A stretch of DNA of 64,000 nt from an uncultured delta proteobacterium (GTDB lineage: Bacteria > Desulfobacterota > RBG-13-43-22), in the NCBI GenBank assembly GCA_963790475.1, contig CAWBOS010000010.1, positions 1,920,001 to 1,984,000 of the forward strand, written 5' to 3'. The notes below the pieces were generated by a model. The model saw nothing but the letters and a program-made list of their open reading frames with translations. It was not told the origin of the DNA and did not search any database. The translations under genes were made by a program, and so were the position numbers. Of this stretch, positions 31,826 to 41,443 are shown piece after piece. The first letter of the stretch is position 1. Every line of letters begins with the position of its first letter.

Positions 31826-34033
31826 ATGACTGCTCGCGGCTGGCTTATTGATCTCTACGTCCGGGAAGATCTGATAGTCCTCTGGTTCCGGCTCGAATCA
31901 GGAACCCTCCTTTGTTTAAACGATTCATTCCCCTACTGCTTCTATGCTCAAGGGAGTCCGAGAGATATCCTGGCCCTTGAAAAAGACCTCTCGTACCTAA
32001 TACGCCGGGCCTGCTGGACCAAACGGAGAGACTTTTGGAGCGGAAAGCTGATTCAAGTCAGGGAACTCGAAGTCGGGTTTTTCAAGAACCTTTTCCGCAT
32101 CCAAACCGTTCTCTCCCGATATTCTGGAGCGATCAGTTTCTATAACATTGATCTGTCAGTCCTCCAGTATTATGCCTATCTGAACGGTCTCTTCCCCCTA
32201 TGTTATTGCCAACTCCACTGGGAGGAGAAAAGACTTCTCGGCTTTGAAATTCTGGACTCTCCCTGGGACCCGGATACTGAGCTTCCACCCTTCAAGACCA
32301 TTGAACTTGGGCTAACCCAGGACTCCCAAATCCCGCTGGAGAGAGGCAACAGTGTTGAATTAACTGTTGAGGGCCGATCCTTTGAACTTGGAGGGTCGAG
32401 ACCGGCCGAGCTTTTAGAGAAGCTCAATACCTATTTGGTGGATCTCGATCCCGACTTAATTGTCTCTCGAAAGGGAGATGATCGGATCCTGCCTATACTT
32501 TGGAACTGGGCTCAAAAGGAAAAAATTCCCCTGGCTCTGGACCGGGATCCCCATCCCCCCTTGAGACGAAACGTCGGCCAGTGGAGGTCTCACTTTAGCT
32601 ACGGACAGATAATCTACCAGAGTTCAACCTTCCCCTTATACGGCCGGTTCCATATCGATCAGAGCAACTCCTTCTTTTATCGCGAAGCCGGCTTGCAAGG
32701 GCTCCTTTTTATTTCCCGGCTGACTAAAATACCGGTCCAGACCCTGGCCAGGTCCTCACCAGGGACCGCTATCACTTCGATGCAACTTGACCGGGCCATT
32801 CATAAGGGAATCCTCATCCCCTGGAAGAAAGGGAGACCCGAAGACTTTAAAAGTGCCTGGGACCTCTTGGTGGCCGATAAGGGGGGGCTGGTGTTCCAAC
32901 CACCCATAGGACTCAGGGAAAACGTCGCTGAAATCGACTTTGCCTCCATGTACCCGAACATTATGGTCAAGCACAACATTTCCCCGGAGACCATGCTTTG
33001 CTCCTGCTGTCCAGGTAAAGTTGTTCCCGAAGTTGGATATAATATCTGTAAAAAAAAGAAAGGGTTAATTCCTGAAACATTAAGCCCCATCTTAGATCTC
33101 GGGGCTGAACTCAAAGCCAGGGTTAAAGCCAAGCATCCCTTGAAGGACACCTACCAGTCCTTTCAAAAGGCCCTCAAGTGGATACTGGTCACCTGTTTCC
33201 GGTATACAGGGTATAAGAACGCCCGCTTTGGTCGTATTGAGGCCCATGAGGCCATAACCGCCTTTGGCCGGAATAAACTCTTCTTGGCTAAGGAACTGGC
33301 AGAAGAAAGAGGCTACCGGGTCCTTCATGGTCTAACCGACTCACTTTGGTTTGAAGGTCCATGGCTTACAGAGGCCAGTATCAAGGAACTCTTGAATGAA
33401 ATTGGGATGAGAACCAGAGTCCCCATAAACCTGGAAGGAATCTACCACTGGATAATTTTTTTACCCTCTAAGGTCAATGCTAACCGTCCGGTGCCCAATC
33501 GGTATTTCGGCCTATTTAAGGATGGGAGCATTAAGACCCGCGGTATCGCTTGCTGCCGTCATGACATACCCCCATTTATCAAGGAGGCTCAGACAGACCT
33601 TCTGCTGATTATGGGTACGGCTCATGATCGAAAGGCCCTGGAAAACAAGTTGCCGGAGATCCTTGATCACTTGGGGGATTATGTAGCCCGGCTCAAAGAG
33701 GGCCGAGTGGCAAGCCAGGAGCTGGTCATTACTCATCGTCTCACCCGGAAACTCGAAGAATACCGGGTCAAGACTCCATCGGCCATGGCCCTTGAGCAAT
33801 TTGAGTCGGTAGGCTTGACCATTCATCCCGGGCAGAAGGTTGGTTATCTGCTCCGGGATAGTGATATTTCGGGTGAAGATAGAAGAATCCTTCCTGCCCC
33901 TTTTCTCCAAGGGGGAGAAGACTACGATAAAAAGAAGTATCTGGAGATCCTGTTAAAGGCTGCTGCGGAGGTGTTGGTGACCTTTGGGTTGGATTATAAG
34001 GATCTGGCCAAGAGATATCAACCGGCCAGATGA
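31826..34033 (+). CDS. Family B DNA polymerase, PolB2-like
   Basis: Motif A EIDFASMYP, motif B QKALKWILVTCF, variant motif C HGLTDS, KTRG. Confidence 0.85.
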   Translation: MTARGWLIDLYVREDLIVLWFRLESGTLLCLNDSFPYCFYAQGSPRDILALEKDLSYLIRRACWTKRRDFWSGKLIQVRELEVGFFKNLFRIQTVLSRYSGAISFYNIDLSVLQYYAYLNGLFPLCYCQLHWEEKRLLGFEILDSPWDPDTELPPFKTIELGLTQDSQIPLERGNSVELTVEGRSFELGGSRPAELLEKLNTYLVDLDPDLIVSRKGDDRILPILWNWAQKEKIPLALDRDPHPPLRRNVGQWRSHFSYGQIIYQSSTFPLYGRFHIDQSNSFFYREAGLQGLLFISRLTKIPVQTLARSSPGTAITSMQLDRAIHKGILIPWKKGRPEDFKSAWDLLVADKGGLVFQPPIGLRENVAEIDFASMYPNIMVKHNISPETMLCSCCPGKVVPEVGYNICKKKKGLIPETLSPILDLGAELKARVKAKHPLKDTYQSFQKALKWILVTCFRYTGYKNARFGRIEAHEAITAFGRNKLFLAKELAEERGYRVLHGLTDSLWFEGPWLTEASIKELLNEIGMRTRVPINLEGIYHWIIFLPSKVNANRPVPNRYFGLFKDGSIKTRGIACCRHDIPPFIKEAQTDLLLIMGTAHDRKALENKLPEILDHLGDYVARLKEGRVASQELVITHRLTRKLEEYRVKTPSAMALEQFESVGLTIHPGQKVGYLLRDSDISGEDRRILPAPFLQGGEDYDKKKYLEILLKAAAEVLVTFGLDYKDLAKRYQPAR

Positions 34034-34413
34034 CCAGTTGCACCCTTTTATTGTTTAAAACAGGATAAATTTTGTCTAAATATGCCAAATAAACCCTACT
34101 TCTCAACCTATTTCTGCCCTTCAAAGATTCCCTTATAAACCCTAACATACCAAAATAATTGTAATTTAACCGTTTAATGCAGTAATGGCTTAATTATTGC
34201 AACTTAGGATAACTGAAACTAACTGGGAAGATTGGCTTTTCGGCTTTTACGAGAAAAGGCATTCCATGAGACATTGTGGAGTTAACCTTCCTTGCAAATA
34301 ATTCAGGATTTATGGACTTCTTGCCGATAAAAGATAATAAAATAATAAATTAACCAAGTTTTCTTGATTGCAACTTTTAATTAAGGGCGTGTCGATAAAG
34401 TCAAGGAGTATAG

Positions 34414-35133
34414 ATGGATCCAATATATTGCGCAAGTTGCGGTACCAAAGTCATGGCAACGATGAGAATCTGCCCAAGCTGTGGAAATCGAACTTTTGGG
34501 AACGCTCCTCCTATTAGATCCGCCCCCCCAAAGCCGACGCAGTGGCAAGCGCCAGGGCGCAATATTTATGTATCCGTGGCACCGTCTGCCAGCGGAATGG
34601 TTCGCTCAATGGCACCTCCCGGTTACTGGCAAAGACTGGTCGCCTACTTAATCGATTTCCTGATTCTCACGGTTGGTCCGGCAATTGCGATTGGCATACT
34701 TAAAGTTCCATTCTTGATCGGGGGTTTCAGGGCAGACGGAGTTTGGTTTGCCACAATGACCATACTGCTATTTTTTACGATTCCTCTCGCCTATGAAACA
34801 TTCTTTGTGGGCTCAAAAATGCAGGCAACACCTGGAAAACTAATAACAAGACTCATTGTTGTAACTAATTACGGAGGGCGACTATCGCAATGGCACGCGT
34901 TCCTAAGATTCCTTGCAAAGGTATTTGTCCCGTTTGTGGGAATCTTCCTTGTTGCTCTTGGCGTGATCGGGATCGTTGGAATTGATAAGCCATCTTATGG
35001 TGCCACATTTACGGTCGTGCTGGCTGGCTGGCTACTGCTCGTTCTTGGTCCGTATATGAGCGTGTTTTTCACTCCCGACCGACTCACGGTTTTCGATATG
35101 ATATGTAAGACGCGAGTCGTTTCCAAACCCTAA
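34414..35133 (+). CDS. RDD family membrane protein with N-terminal zinc ribbon
   Basis: CxxC..CxxC; YWQRLVAYLID; ATPGK; final D...KTRVV. Confidence 0.85.
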   Translation: MDPIYCASCGTKVMATMRICPSCGNRTFGNAPPIRSAPPKPTQWQAPGRNIYVSVAPSASGMVRSMAPPGYWQRLVAYLIDFLILTVGPAIAIGILKVPFLIGGFRADGVWFATMTILLFFTIPLAYETFFVGSKMQATPGKLITRLIVVTNYGGRLSQWHAFLRFLAKVFVPFVGIFLVALGVIGIVGIDKPSYGATFTVVLAGWLLLVLGPYMSVFFTPDRLTVFDMICKTRVVSKP

Positions 35134-35144
35134 GAGGTATCACC

Positions 35145-35831
35145 ATGTCCAATATTGATTTTGCTGGGAATCCGAATCAGCGCACTCTTTGCGTTTTGGT
35201 GCTTGATGCATCAGGATCTATGGATGTGCCATCATCATTCGGAAAAACAAAGATTGCGGAACTGAATGATGGAATTGTCATGCTCGAAGCAGCGCTTAGG
35301 GCGGATGATACGGCGTTGGTTCGCGTTCAATTGGCAATCGTATGCGTTGGCGGGCCGATCAACGACGCAGACGTCATGATGGACTGGACTGATGCAAAGC
35401 ACTTCAGTGCATTGAAACTTAATTCCGGAGGTACCACCCCGCTCGGGAAAGGGCTACTAATTGCCCTCCAAATGATCGAGCAAGGGAAACGAAACCTGAA
35501 GAAAGCGGGGATCTCCTATACCCGGCCATGGATGCTCGTCATGACAGACGGTGAGCCGACTGACTCTGCTTCCGAGTGGGCAACTGCGGTTACCGAGTGT
35601 AAAGCCGCTGAAGCCAGCAAGAAGATTGAAATCTTTGCGGTCGGTGTTCAAGGGGCGAATCTTTCCAAGATGAGCGAAATCTGTGCTAAACCGCCATTAA
35701 TGTTAGCTGGGATGAAATTCAAAGAGCTTTTTGTCTGGTTGAGTGCGAGTTTGAGTGCAGCAAGCCGGAGTCGGCCAGGAGATATGATCCAGCTCCCATC
35801 AACTGATCCATGGCGAAATGTCGGAATATGA
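35145..35831 (+). CDS. TerY/YegL-like vWA protein
   Basis: VLVLDASGSM MIDAS, GGTTPLG, YTRPWMLVMTDGEPTD, FKELFVWLSAS. Confidence 0.9.
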   Translation: MSNIDFAGNPNQRTLCVLVLDASGSMDVPSSFGKTKIAELNDGIVMLEAALRADDTALVRVQLAIVCVGGPINDADVMMDWTDAKHFSALKLNSGGTTPLGKGLLIALQMIEQGKRNLKKAGISYTRPWMLVMTDGEPTDSASEWATAVTECKAAEASKKIEIFAVGVQGANLSKMSEICAKPPLMLAGMKFKELFVWLSASLSAASRSRPGDMIQLPSTDPWRNVGI

Positions 35832-37018
35832 CCCAAAGTGAAGATTCATGGATTGCGGCAGGAGCAAGTGTTATAGGAACAAGCCATCTGGCCTTGGGGA
35901 CACCATGTCAGGATTCACACCATATCTTCATCAGCAAAGACGGATCGTGGGTTGCGGTCGCGGTAAGTGATGGCGCTGGAAGTGCAGCGAGGTCGCAAGA
36001 AAGTTCTGCACTCGTCGCAAGAAGTTTTGCAAGGAAGCTTAACGAGCTTTCGGATCAATTTGCTACTCGTGCACCCGGTGCATGGGTCAATGATTTTGTA
36101 ATTCAGCAGGTTCTCACCGTGCGTGAGGAGCTACGAACAATTGCCCAGTCTGATGTCCTGAGCTCTTTCCACTGCACACTTGTTGCCTGTTTATTAGGGC
36201 CGTCGGGTGGATTTGCGATACATATTGGTGACGGAGTAATTTTCGGAGGGAGCTCTAAGAGAGATAGTAATGCGGAGAAGATTTCTCTTGATGTTGGACC
36301 CTTCTTATCACCTCCTGAAAATGCCGAATACGCAAATGAGACGTTCTTCATCACGGTAGGCGACTGGATCAAGCATTTGAGAATTACTCCACTACCACGG
36401 TGTGAGTGGGTGATGCTTGCTACAGATGGTGGCGCAGCTCTCTGTACAGTCGCAGAAAGCGTGCCAAAGGGTGGGTTTGTTGGACCTCTCCTCACTCTGT
36501 GCAAGAATGAATCGGATAGCAAGCGGTGGGGAGCGTTGCTGACAAGGACGATTACAGACGCGCAAGCTGACAAGCTGACAAATGACGATAAGACACTCGT
36601 GGTCTGCATGCGCCGCAACATTGCCAGTGTTCCCCGTGGTGTTCTGTTGGAGTATGGAGTGCCTGTTCCGCTGACAAGTGAGACTATCTCATCGGTTCGT
36701 CGGCAAACAAATACCCGTCCAATCCACGGAGTCACCGCTCGTAGTCGAATTAAGCGAGTAATGTCTTCTTCCGTGGTTAGTCGCCCTCGCCGCATTCATA
36801 CAATAAAAGTGATCCTATTTGCCGTATTCATGCTGGTAGTGGGGGCGAGTGTGGTCCTCTGCCTCGATGGCGTGTTGAGACGGCGGTTAATTAATTTTTT
36901 ACCATGGTCATCAATTAATCGAGACGCAAACCAAGGCAAAAGAGACATGACTCCTTCAGGGGCAGCAAAGTCGGAGAAAGAAGGAGGGGGCGCCCTAAAA
37001 GGAAGGACGTCAGAATGA
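35828..37018 (+). CDS. PP2C-family phosphatase (YegK/PphC-like) with C-terminal TM helix
   Basis: GTSH...CQD, VSDGAGSA, IGDG, EYANETFF, ATDG, DDKT; hydrophobic segment near the C-terminus. Confidence 0.88.
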   Translation: MTQSEDSWIAAGASVIGTSHLALGTPCQDSHHIFISKDGSWVAVAVSDGAGSAARSQESSALVARSFARKLNELSDQFATRAPGAWVNDFVIQQVLTVREELRTIAQSDVLSSFHCTLVACLLGPSGGFAIHIGDGVIFGGSSKRDSNAEKISLDVGPFLSPPENAEYANETFFITVGDWIKHLRITPLPRCEWVMLATDGGAALCTVAESVPKGGFVGPLLTLCKNESDSKRWGALLTRTITDAQADKLTNDDKTLVVCMRRNIASVPRGVLLEYGVPVPLTSETISSVRRQTNTRPIHGVTARSRIKRVMSSSVVSRPRRIHTIKVILFAVFMLVVGASVVLCLDGVLRRRLINFLPWSSINRDANQGKRDMTPSGAAKSEKEGGGALKGRTSE

Positions 37019-37090
37019 CACATAGGGAGTTCAATCCAGGATCTATCTACAACATCGGATTCAATGTCCGCGAACGGCATCAATCGAAAA

Positions 37091-37672
37091 CAAATCAGGA
37101 CAATGGTCTAAACCGAATGCGATTTGAAGCGAGTACGGAGTCGGGCAAAGTTGGGTTTGCGGAGGTAGACACCTCTGTAGCCTTAGGCCGTGGATGAGCA
37201 CTCAAGAAGAAATCGTTCATTACAGAAACTTAGCCGAGACAGGTGATGCGGCCGCCCAATGCCGATTGGGCTGGATGTATCAAAATGGTAAAGGTGTTCC
37301 AATGAACTATGTCGAGGCTTTGAAATGGTTTCGCAAGGCGGCTATTCAGGGGAATACGGATGCCCAGAACAACCTTGGAAGGATGTATCAACATGGTAAG
37401 GGAGTTCCACAGAGCGATACTGAAGCCATGAAGTGGTATCATAAGGCGGCTGTTCAGGGGAATACGGATGCCCAGAACAACTGGAAGAAGATGAAAGCCG
37501 AAAGTATTAAAGTAGACAAACCTGAAAGTGAGCCACTTGTTACCAAAGAACTACCTACCCAAAATTTTCCAAATCAGGACAATGGTCTAAACCGAATGCG
37601 ATTTGAAGCGAGTACGGAGTCGGGCAGCCTTGGGTTTGCGGAGGTAGACACCTCTGTAGCCTTAGGCCGTGG
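37091..37672 (+). repeat. 103-bp direct repeat (37091-37193 and 37570-37672) flanking a Sel1 cassette
   Basis: Copies identical except a 3-nt block (AAG vs GCC). Confidence 0.92.
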
Positions 37673-39395
37673 TGGCGTTGCCGTGATTCACCCGGCGATG
37701 TTTGATGGTAACTCGTGCGCGGCGAAGATCTTTAACTCCAATCGAGTGGTAAATGCGGACAAGATTATGGCAATGATTGCCAATCCGCCAGATTCCTTAT
37801 GGATCACTGTTGGGACCAGGACGTATCCGAAGTACGGGTGGCCGACATCACTTCTAAGAAGTCCGCAGGGTCCGCCGGTAGGGTTTTTGATGCCAGTCGT
37901 GGACCAGACCGAGTCCTTTACGTTTGACTGTTACTACGACAAGACCCTGATTAAGAAGCTGGAGTCGCCAGAGGAGGTTGCGCTTTCGTTCAAGCTGGAG
38001 ATCGCAAGTAATCTCAGCAGGTCGGTATCAGAGCTGCATAAGCATGGCCACTACTTCATCGATCTGAAGCCGCAGAACATACGTGTCTTCAGGCGAACCC
38101 ATATCGTTACGCTGATCGATTGCGATGGCTTTTCAATTCAAGGGATAGAGAAACGGTTTCCTGCCGAAATGCTCTCAGCGGATTACATTGCGCCCGAGGC
38201 ATATCGAGGCAACATCTATCCGCAGAACCTATCGGAGCCTCAGGATCGCTATGCCCTTGCGGTCATCCTGTTCCAATTGCTAAATGGGGGGACGCATCCG
38301 TTCCAAGGCATCGTAACTGACGCAAACATATCGGCCAACACCAACGATGAGAAGGCGGCCGCTGGTCTCTATCCCCATGGCTTGACGCCGAACCCACGGA
38401 TCCTACCGCGCCCGCAAAGCATTCACTCATGCTTTGATGACGAGACGCGGAGTCTTTTCGACCTATCATTTACCGGAACCCAGTCAGAACGACCGTCGGC
38501 GGAGAAATGGGCTCAGCATTTCAAAAGACTGCTTGATGACAAAGCGCTTGTAAGGTGCGATGGTCACCCTTTCGACATACGTCACATGCGTTTTCAGGGG
38601 AAGACGTGTCCCACCTGCCATTTAGAGATCATCTCTCGGCAAAGAACGCGTGTTTTACCAGGCACGGCCACCATCAAGCCGACACCGACAACAAAACCAG
38701 TAAGACTATCGGCTACGGATTCAACTGGGGGCTTTAAGCTTATAGGAGGGGTTATGGGATTTATCCTAATAATGCTCTTCATAATTGGGCTCAATATGAA
38801 CTCCCCGAAATCAATACCACCGCGACCACCAGCCCAGGAACAAATGGCTCCGGAGCCAGCACCAGCCCCAGCTCCAGCCCGAGAAGAAATGGCCACAATG
38901 CCAGCACCAGCACCAAGTGAAACTGGATTTAATAACACCAACCAATACTATTCTTGGGAAAACCCGTGGACGAAACTTCATGCCTTAATGAACACCAAAT
39001 GGAAACATTCAATTCAAACTGATAAAATAGGCGGGGAGCTTCACATCTTCAGCGGACAGGATACCCGTACTTTCGTCACTATTTCTGTTGAGCAAAGAAG
39101 TGGTTTGTCTCTGAGCGATTATGTAAGAGGGTTCCAGAAGAGCGACTCTGGTTCAAAAATAAGTTTCACGGACGGAGGGAGACTTTTTAATAATAAGGGG
39201 GGGGGACAAACCTGGCAAGGCTCAGGAGTCTGGGTTGAAAAATACACGGGCTATGGCATAAATATCCAAATTACTCAAGTTGGTTCTGCGTTTTGGCGGG
39301 TCGTATCCGGTAAAGAAATACCGTATGACGAGACTGGAGCCGATGATAAACAGAATCAAATGATTCAAAATGCCTTATGGGACACTATTAGATGA
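37194..39395 (+). CDS. Sel1-repeat + YegI-like Ser/Thr kinase + TM + Pro-rich linker + extracytoplasmic domain
   Basis: Sel1 AQ..LG.MY..G.GV repeats; LGRGG, AAKIF, DLKPQN, LIDCDG, YIAPE, HPFQG; TM GFILIMLFIIG. Confidence 0.88.
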   Translation: MSTQEEIVHYRNLAETGDAAAQCRLGWMYQNGKGVPMNYVEALKWFRKAAIQGNTDAQNNLGRMYQHGKGVPQSDTEAMKWYHKAAVQGNTDAQNNWKKMKAESIKVDKPESEPLVTKELPTQNFPNQDNGLNRMRFEASTESGSLGFAEVDTSVALGRGGVAVIHPAMFDGNSCAAKIFNSNRVVNADKIMAMIANPPDSLWITVGTRTYPKYGWPTSLLRSPQGPPVGFLMPVVDQTESFTFDCYYDKTLIKKLESPEEVALSFKLEIASNLSRSVSELHKHGHYFIDLKPQNIRVFRRTHIVTLIDCDGFSIQGIEKRFPAEMLSADYIAPEAYRGNIYPQNLSEPQDRYALAVILFQLLNGGTHPFQGIVTDANISANTNDEKAAAGLYPHGLTPNPRILPRPQSIHSCFDDETRSLFDLSFTGTQSERPSAEKWAQHFKRLLDDKALVRCDGHPFDIRHMRFQGKTCPTCHLEIISRQRTRVLPGTATIKPTPTTKPVRLSATDSTGGFKLIGGVMGFILIMLFIIGLNMNSPKSIPPRPPAQEQMAPEPAPAPAPAREEMATMPAPAPSETGFNNTNQYYSWENPWTKLHALMNTKWKHSIQTDKIGGELHIFSGQDTRTFVTISVEQRSGLSLSDYVRGFQKSDSGSKISFTDGGRLFNNKGGGQTWQGSGVWVEKYTGYGINIQITQVGSAFWRVVSGKEIPYDETGADDKQNQMIQNALWDTIR

Positions 39396-39514
39396 CAGGA
39401 AACCTTGGGGGATGGGGTTCCATGAACGGTGAATGAATATCAGGCTTTTGTTAGCAAATGGAATCGGCACATTCGTCCTCTGAGATAGAAAAAGGGTGGT
39501 TTCTAAGAATTATC

Positions 39515-39543
39515 TTGACAATTTTTAACCCATAGGTTATATT
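39515..39543 (+). promoter_or_regulatory. sigma70 promoter of the riboswitch leader
   Basis: TTGACA-N17-TATATT. Confidence 0.7.
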
Positions 39544-39552
39544 ACCACCCAA

Positions 39553-39655
39553 CATGACGAGTGGCGGAGGGTAAAATCCCTACTGCCCGGCAACCTGATC
39601 CGTAAAGGTGCTTAGTCACTTAAAAGAGTGGCCATGAGGTCGAAAGACAAACGGT
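39553..39655 (+). ncRNA. SAM riboswitch, SAM-I/IV-type architecture
   Basis: P1 CATG/CATG, J1/2 ACGAG, P3 GGCAACC...GGTGC, P4 GTCACT/AGTGGC, P5 GTC-GAAA-GAC, 3' ACGG able to pair with L3 CCGT. Confidence 0.75.
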
Positions 39656-39660
39656 TTTTG

Positions 39661-39686
39661 AGACCTCACCTTTGCGTGAGGTTTTT
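39661..39686 (+). terminator. Riboswitch expression-platform terminator
   Basis: AGACCTCAC-CTTTGC-GTGAGGTTTTT; 5' arm can instead pair with TGAGGTC of the aptamer. Confidence 0.7.
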
Positions 39687-39850
39687 GCGTTTTAAGGGCG
39701 GAAAAATTCACTTCTTGTCATTACCAAAAGGAGGTGAGATCGACAAAAAAATGATAATTAGCTCGACATAGATAATATAGGTTTGTGGGGGGATTTGTTG
39801 CTATTGCAGCCCCACGTTAAAAAACAATTTGCTAAAATGCTGGCGGAGAA

Positions 39851-39887
39851 GACCTGGGGCTGACATTTAGCTTCCAGGTTTTTTTTT
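39851..39887 (+). terminator. Second terminator-like hairpin before the 39913 ORF
   Basis: GACCTGGGGCTGA-CAT-TTAGCTTCCAGG followed by T9. Confidence 0.6.
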
Positions 39888-39912
39888 GCCCCGAGATTGG
39901 AGGTTAACAAAG

Positions 39913-40503
39913 ATGGAAAAGAAGAAAAGAAATAAACTCACTCAGTTTAAAGAGTTCGACCCGATGATCTGGAAGAAACTTGGAGTTAATCCGACGGTCA
40001 TGAAGTCGGCCACAATCACTGTATATTCCAAAAATCCACCCCTATATGTAATTGAAAGCATCAAACGTCAAAAGGCCGTCAGTGCTTTCAGGGAGGCCCA
40101 GGAGAACTGGCAGAAGATGAATCGTGATTACCCGGCCACCCTTGAAGACCATTTGGCCCTGGAAGACCTGATCGCTGAATCGAATGGGATCGTATGTGCC
40201 TTCTTCATTGAGGGGGCCTTGATTATAGGGATAGACCCTTCCTGCTATCATGATGTGGAGTTTGGAAACTTTCTATCTTATTTCGATAGGGACTTTCATT
40301 ACCGGTTCAGGATCATTTGCACCCCTGCCCCGGCTCCTTTAACCATTGAGGACGGTGAACGGCTCCTGGAGTCTTTGGAAGAGTGTGATCGAAACTTTGA
40401 AGAAATGATGAATAAAAGGTCCGCTTCAATAAACCAAGGAATTTCGGAAATGGGGTTGGACCGAAATGATATTCCTGACCTCTTAAATGAGGAGGAGGAA
40501 TAG
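39913..40503 (+). CDS. Hypothetical protein
   Basis: GGAGG RBS; acidic tail; no recognised motif. Confidence 0.6.
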   Translation: MEKKKRNKLTQFKEFDPMIWKKLGVNPTVMKSATITVYSKNPPLYVIESIKRQKAVSAFREAQENWQKMNRDYPATLEDHLALEDLIAESNGIVCAFFIEGALIIGIDPSCYHDVEFGNFLSYFDRDFHYRFRIICTPAPAPLTIEDGERLLESLEECDRNFEEMMNKRSASINQGISEMGLDRNDIPDLLNEEEE

Positions 40504-40505
40504 TC

Positions 40506-41432
40506 ATGGGAAACGATAAGATCCAGGGGTGCCTACTTGGCGTAGCCATAGGGGACGCACTCGGAGCCCCCTTTGAAGGAAAGGATCCCGGTGCTGTAAG
40601 TCGCAAGGTCAAATCTGACAATGGTCGCATAAAGGATTTCTACCCTTTCTTCGGCGGACTCGGGACCTGGACTGACGATACGGGCATGACCCTGGCCGTC
40701 TGTAGAGCCTTCATAAAACATGAAAGAACCAGAAAATCTATGGAATCTTGTTTCCGGGGGGCTTTTTACAACTGGATCAATTCCGATGAAAGCCGGGGTT
40801 CGGGAAGAACAGTAACCTACGCCGCTAAACATGGAGTCGCCGACCTAAATTCTTGGAGTTCGGGGGCACTCATGAGAACTTCGCCTGTTTCGATCTATGC
40901 CTATCAGAAAGGCTACACTACTCACCAGGCGGCCGATCTCGCTTACTGGGTAGCCTCCCTTAGCCATGGGCATCCCCAAGCTACTTTCCCCCCCGTGGAA
41001 TTTACCCTGGCCCTATTGTCGATTTTTCGTAAGGAAAGGAGTGTACCCGTTTACCTTGACGATCCCGAGGCCCTGGTGACCCAACAGGACCCCGATCAGG
41101 AAGATCGGCGGAAGGACTATAAACGATTACGGCACTGGCAGGCCGACGACCTGGACCCGACAACAGGACTCTCCATTTGGAAGAAGGTTTTTGAAGACTG
41201 CTTGGGGTTAAAGCCTGGAGTTCCCTGGAGCAGACTACCGGACTTTGAAGAAGGTATTCTAAAGGCCGTTAATGAATGCCTTGACCGCGATACTGCCGGG
41301 GCTGTTGCCGGTGCCATCCTTGGGGCTAAGTGGGGTATTCGGGGGATTCCTCAGAAATGGAAGACCCGAGTGGAAAAAAGTGAAACCATAATAGGGCTGG
41401 CGAATGACTTGATACAAGCCGCTCAGGAATAA
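40506..41432 (+). CDS. ADP-ribosylglycohydrolase family protein
   Basis: GVAIGDALG, WTDDT, GALMRTSP, SHGH, DRDTAGAVAGAILGA, IPQKW. Confidence 0.9.
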   Translation: MGNDKIQGCLLGVAIGDALGAPFEGKDPGAVSRKVKSDNGRIKDFYPFFGGLGTWTDDTGMTLAVCRAFIKHERTRKSMESCFRGAFYNWINSDESRGSGRTVTYAAKHGVADLNSWSSGALMRTSPVSIYAYQKGYTTHQAADLAYWVASLSHGHPQATFPPVEFTLALLSIFRKERSVPVYLDDPEALVTQQDPDQEDRRKDYKRLRHWQADDLDPTTGLSIWKKVFEDCLGLKPGVPWSRLPDFEEGILKAVNECLDRDTAGAVAGAILGAKWGIRGIPQKWKTRVEKSETIIGLANDLIQAAQE

Positions 41433-41443
41433 AGGAGGCTGCA

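Noticed and set aside
37334-37482. Near-identical 40-bp repeats 108 bp apart
   Set aside because: Explained by 36-aa Sel1 repeat coding
39785-39830. preQ1-I-like look (stem followed by CCCACGTTAAAAAAC)
   Set aside because: Loop lacks the conserved UUC motif and the tail lacks CUA; probably coincidental
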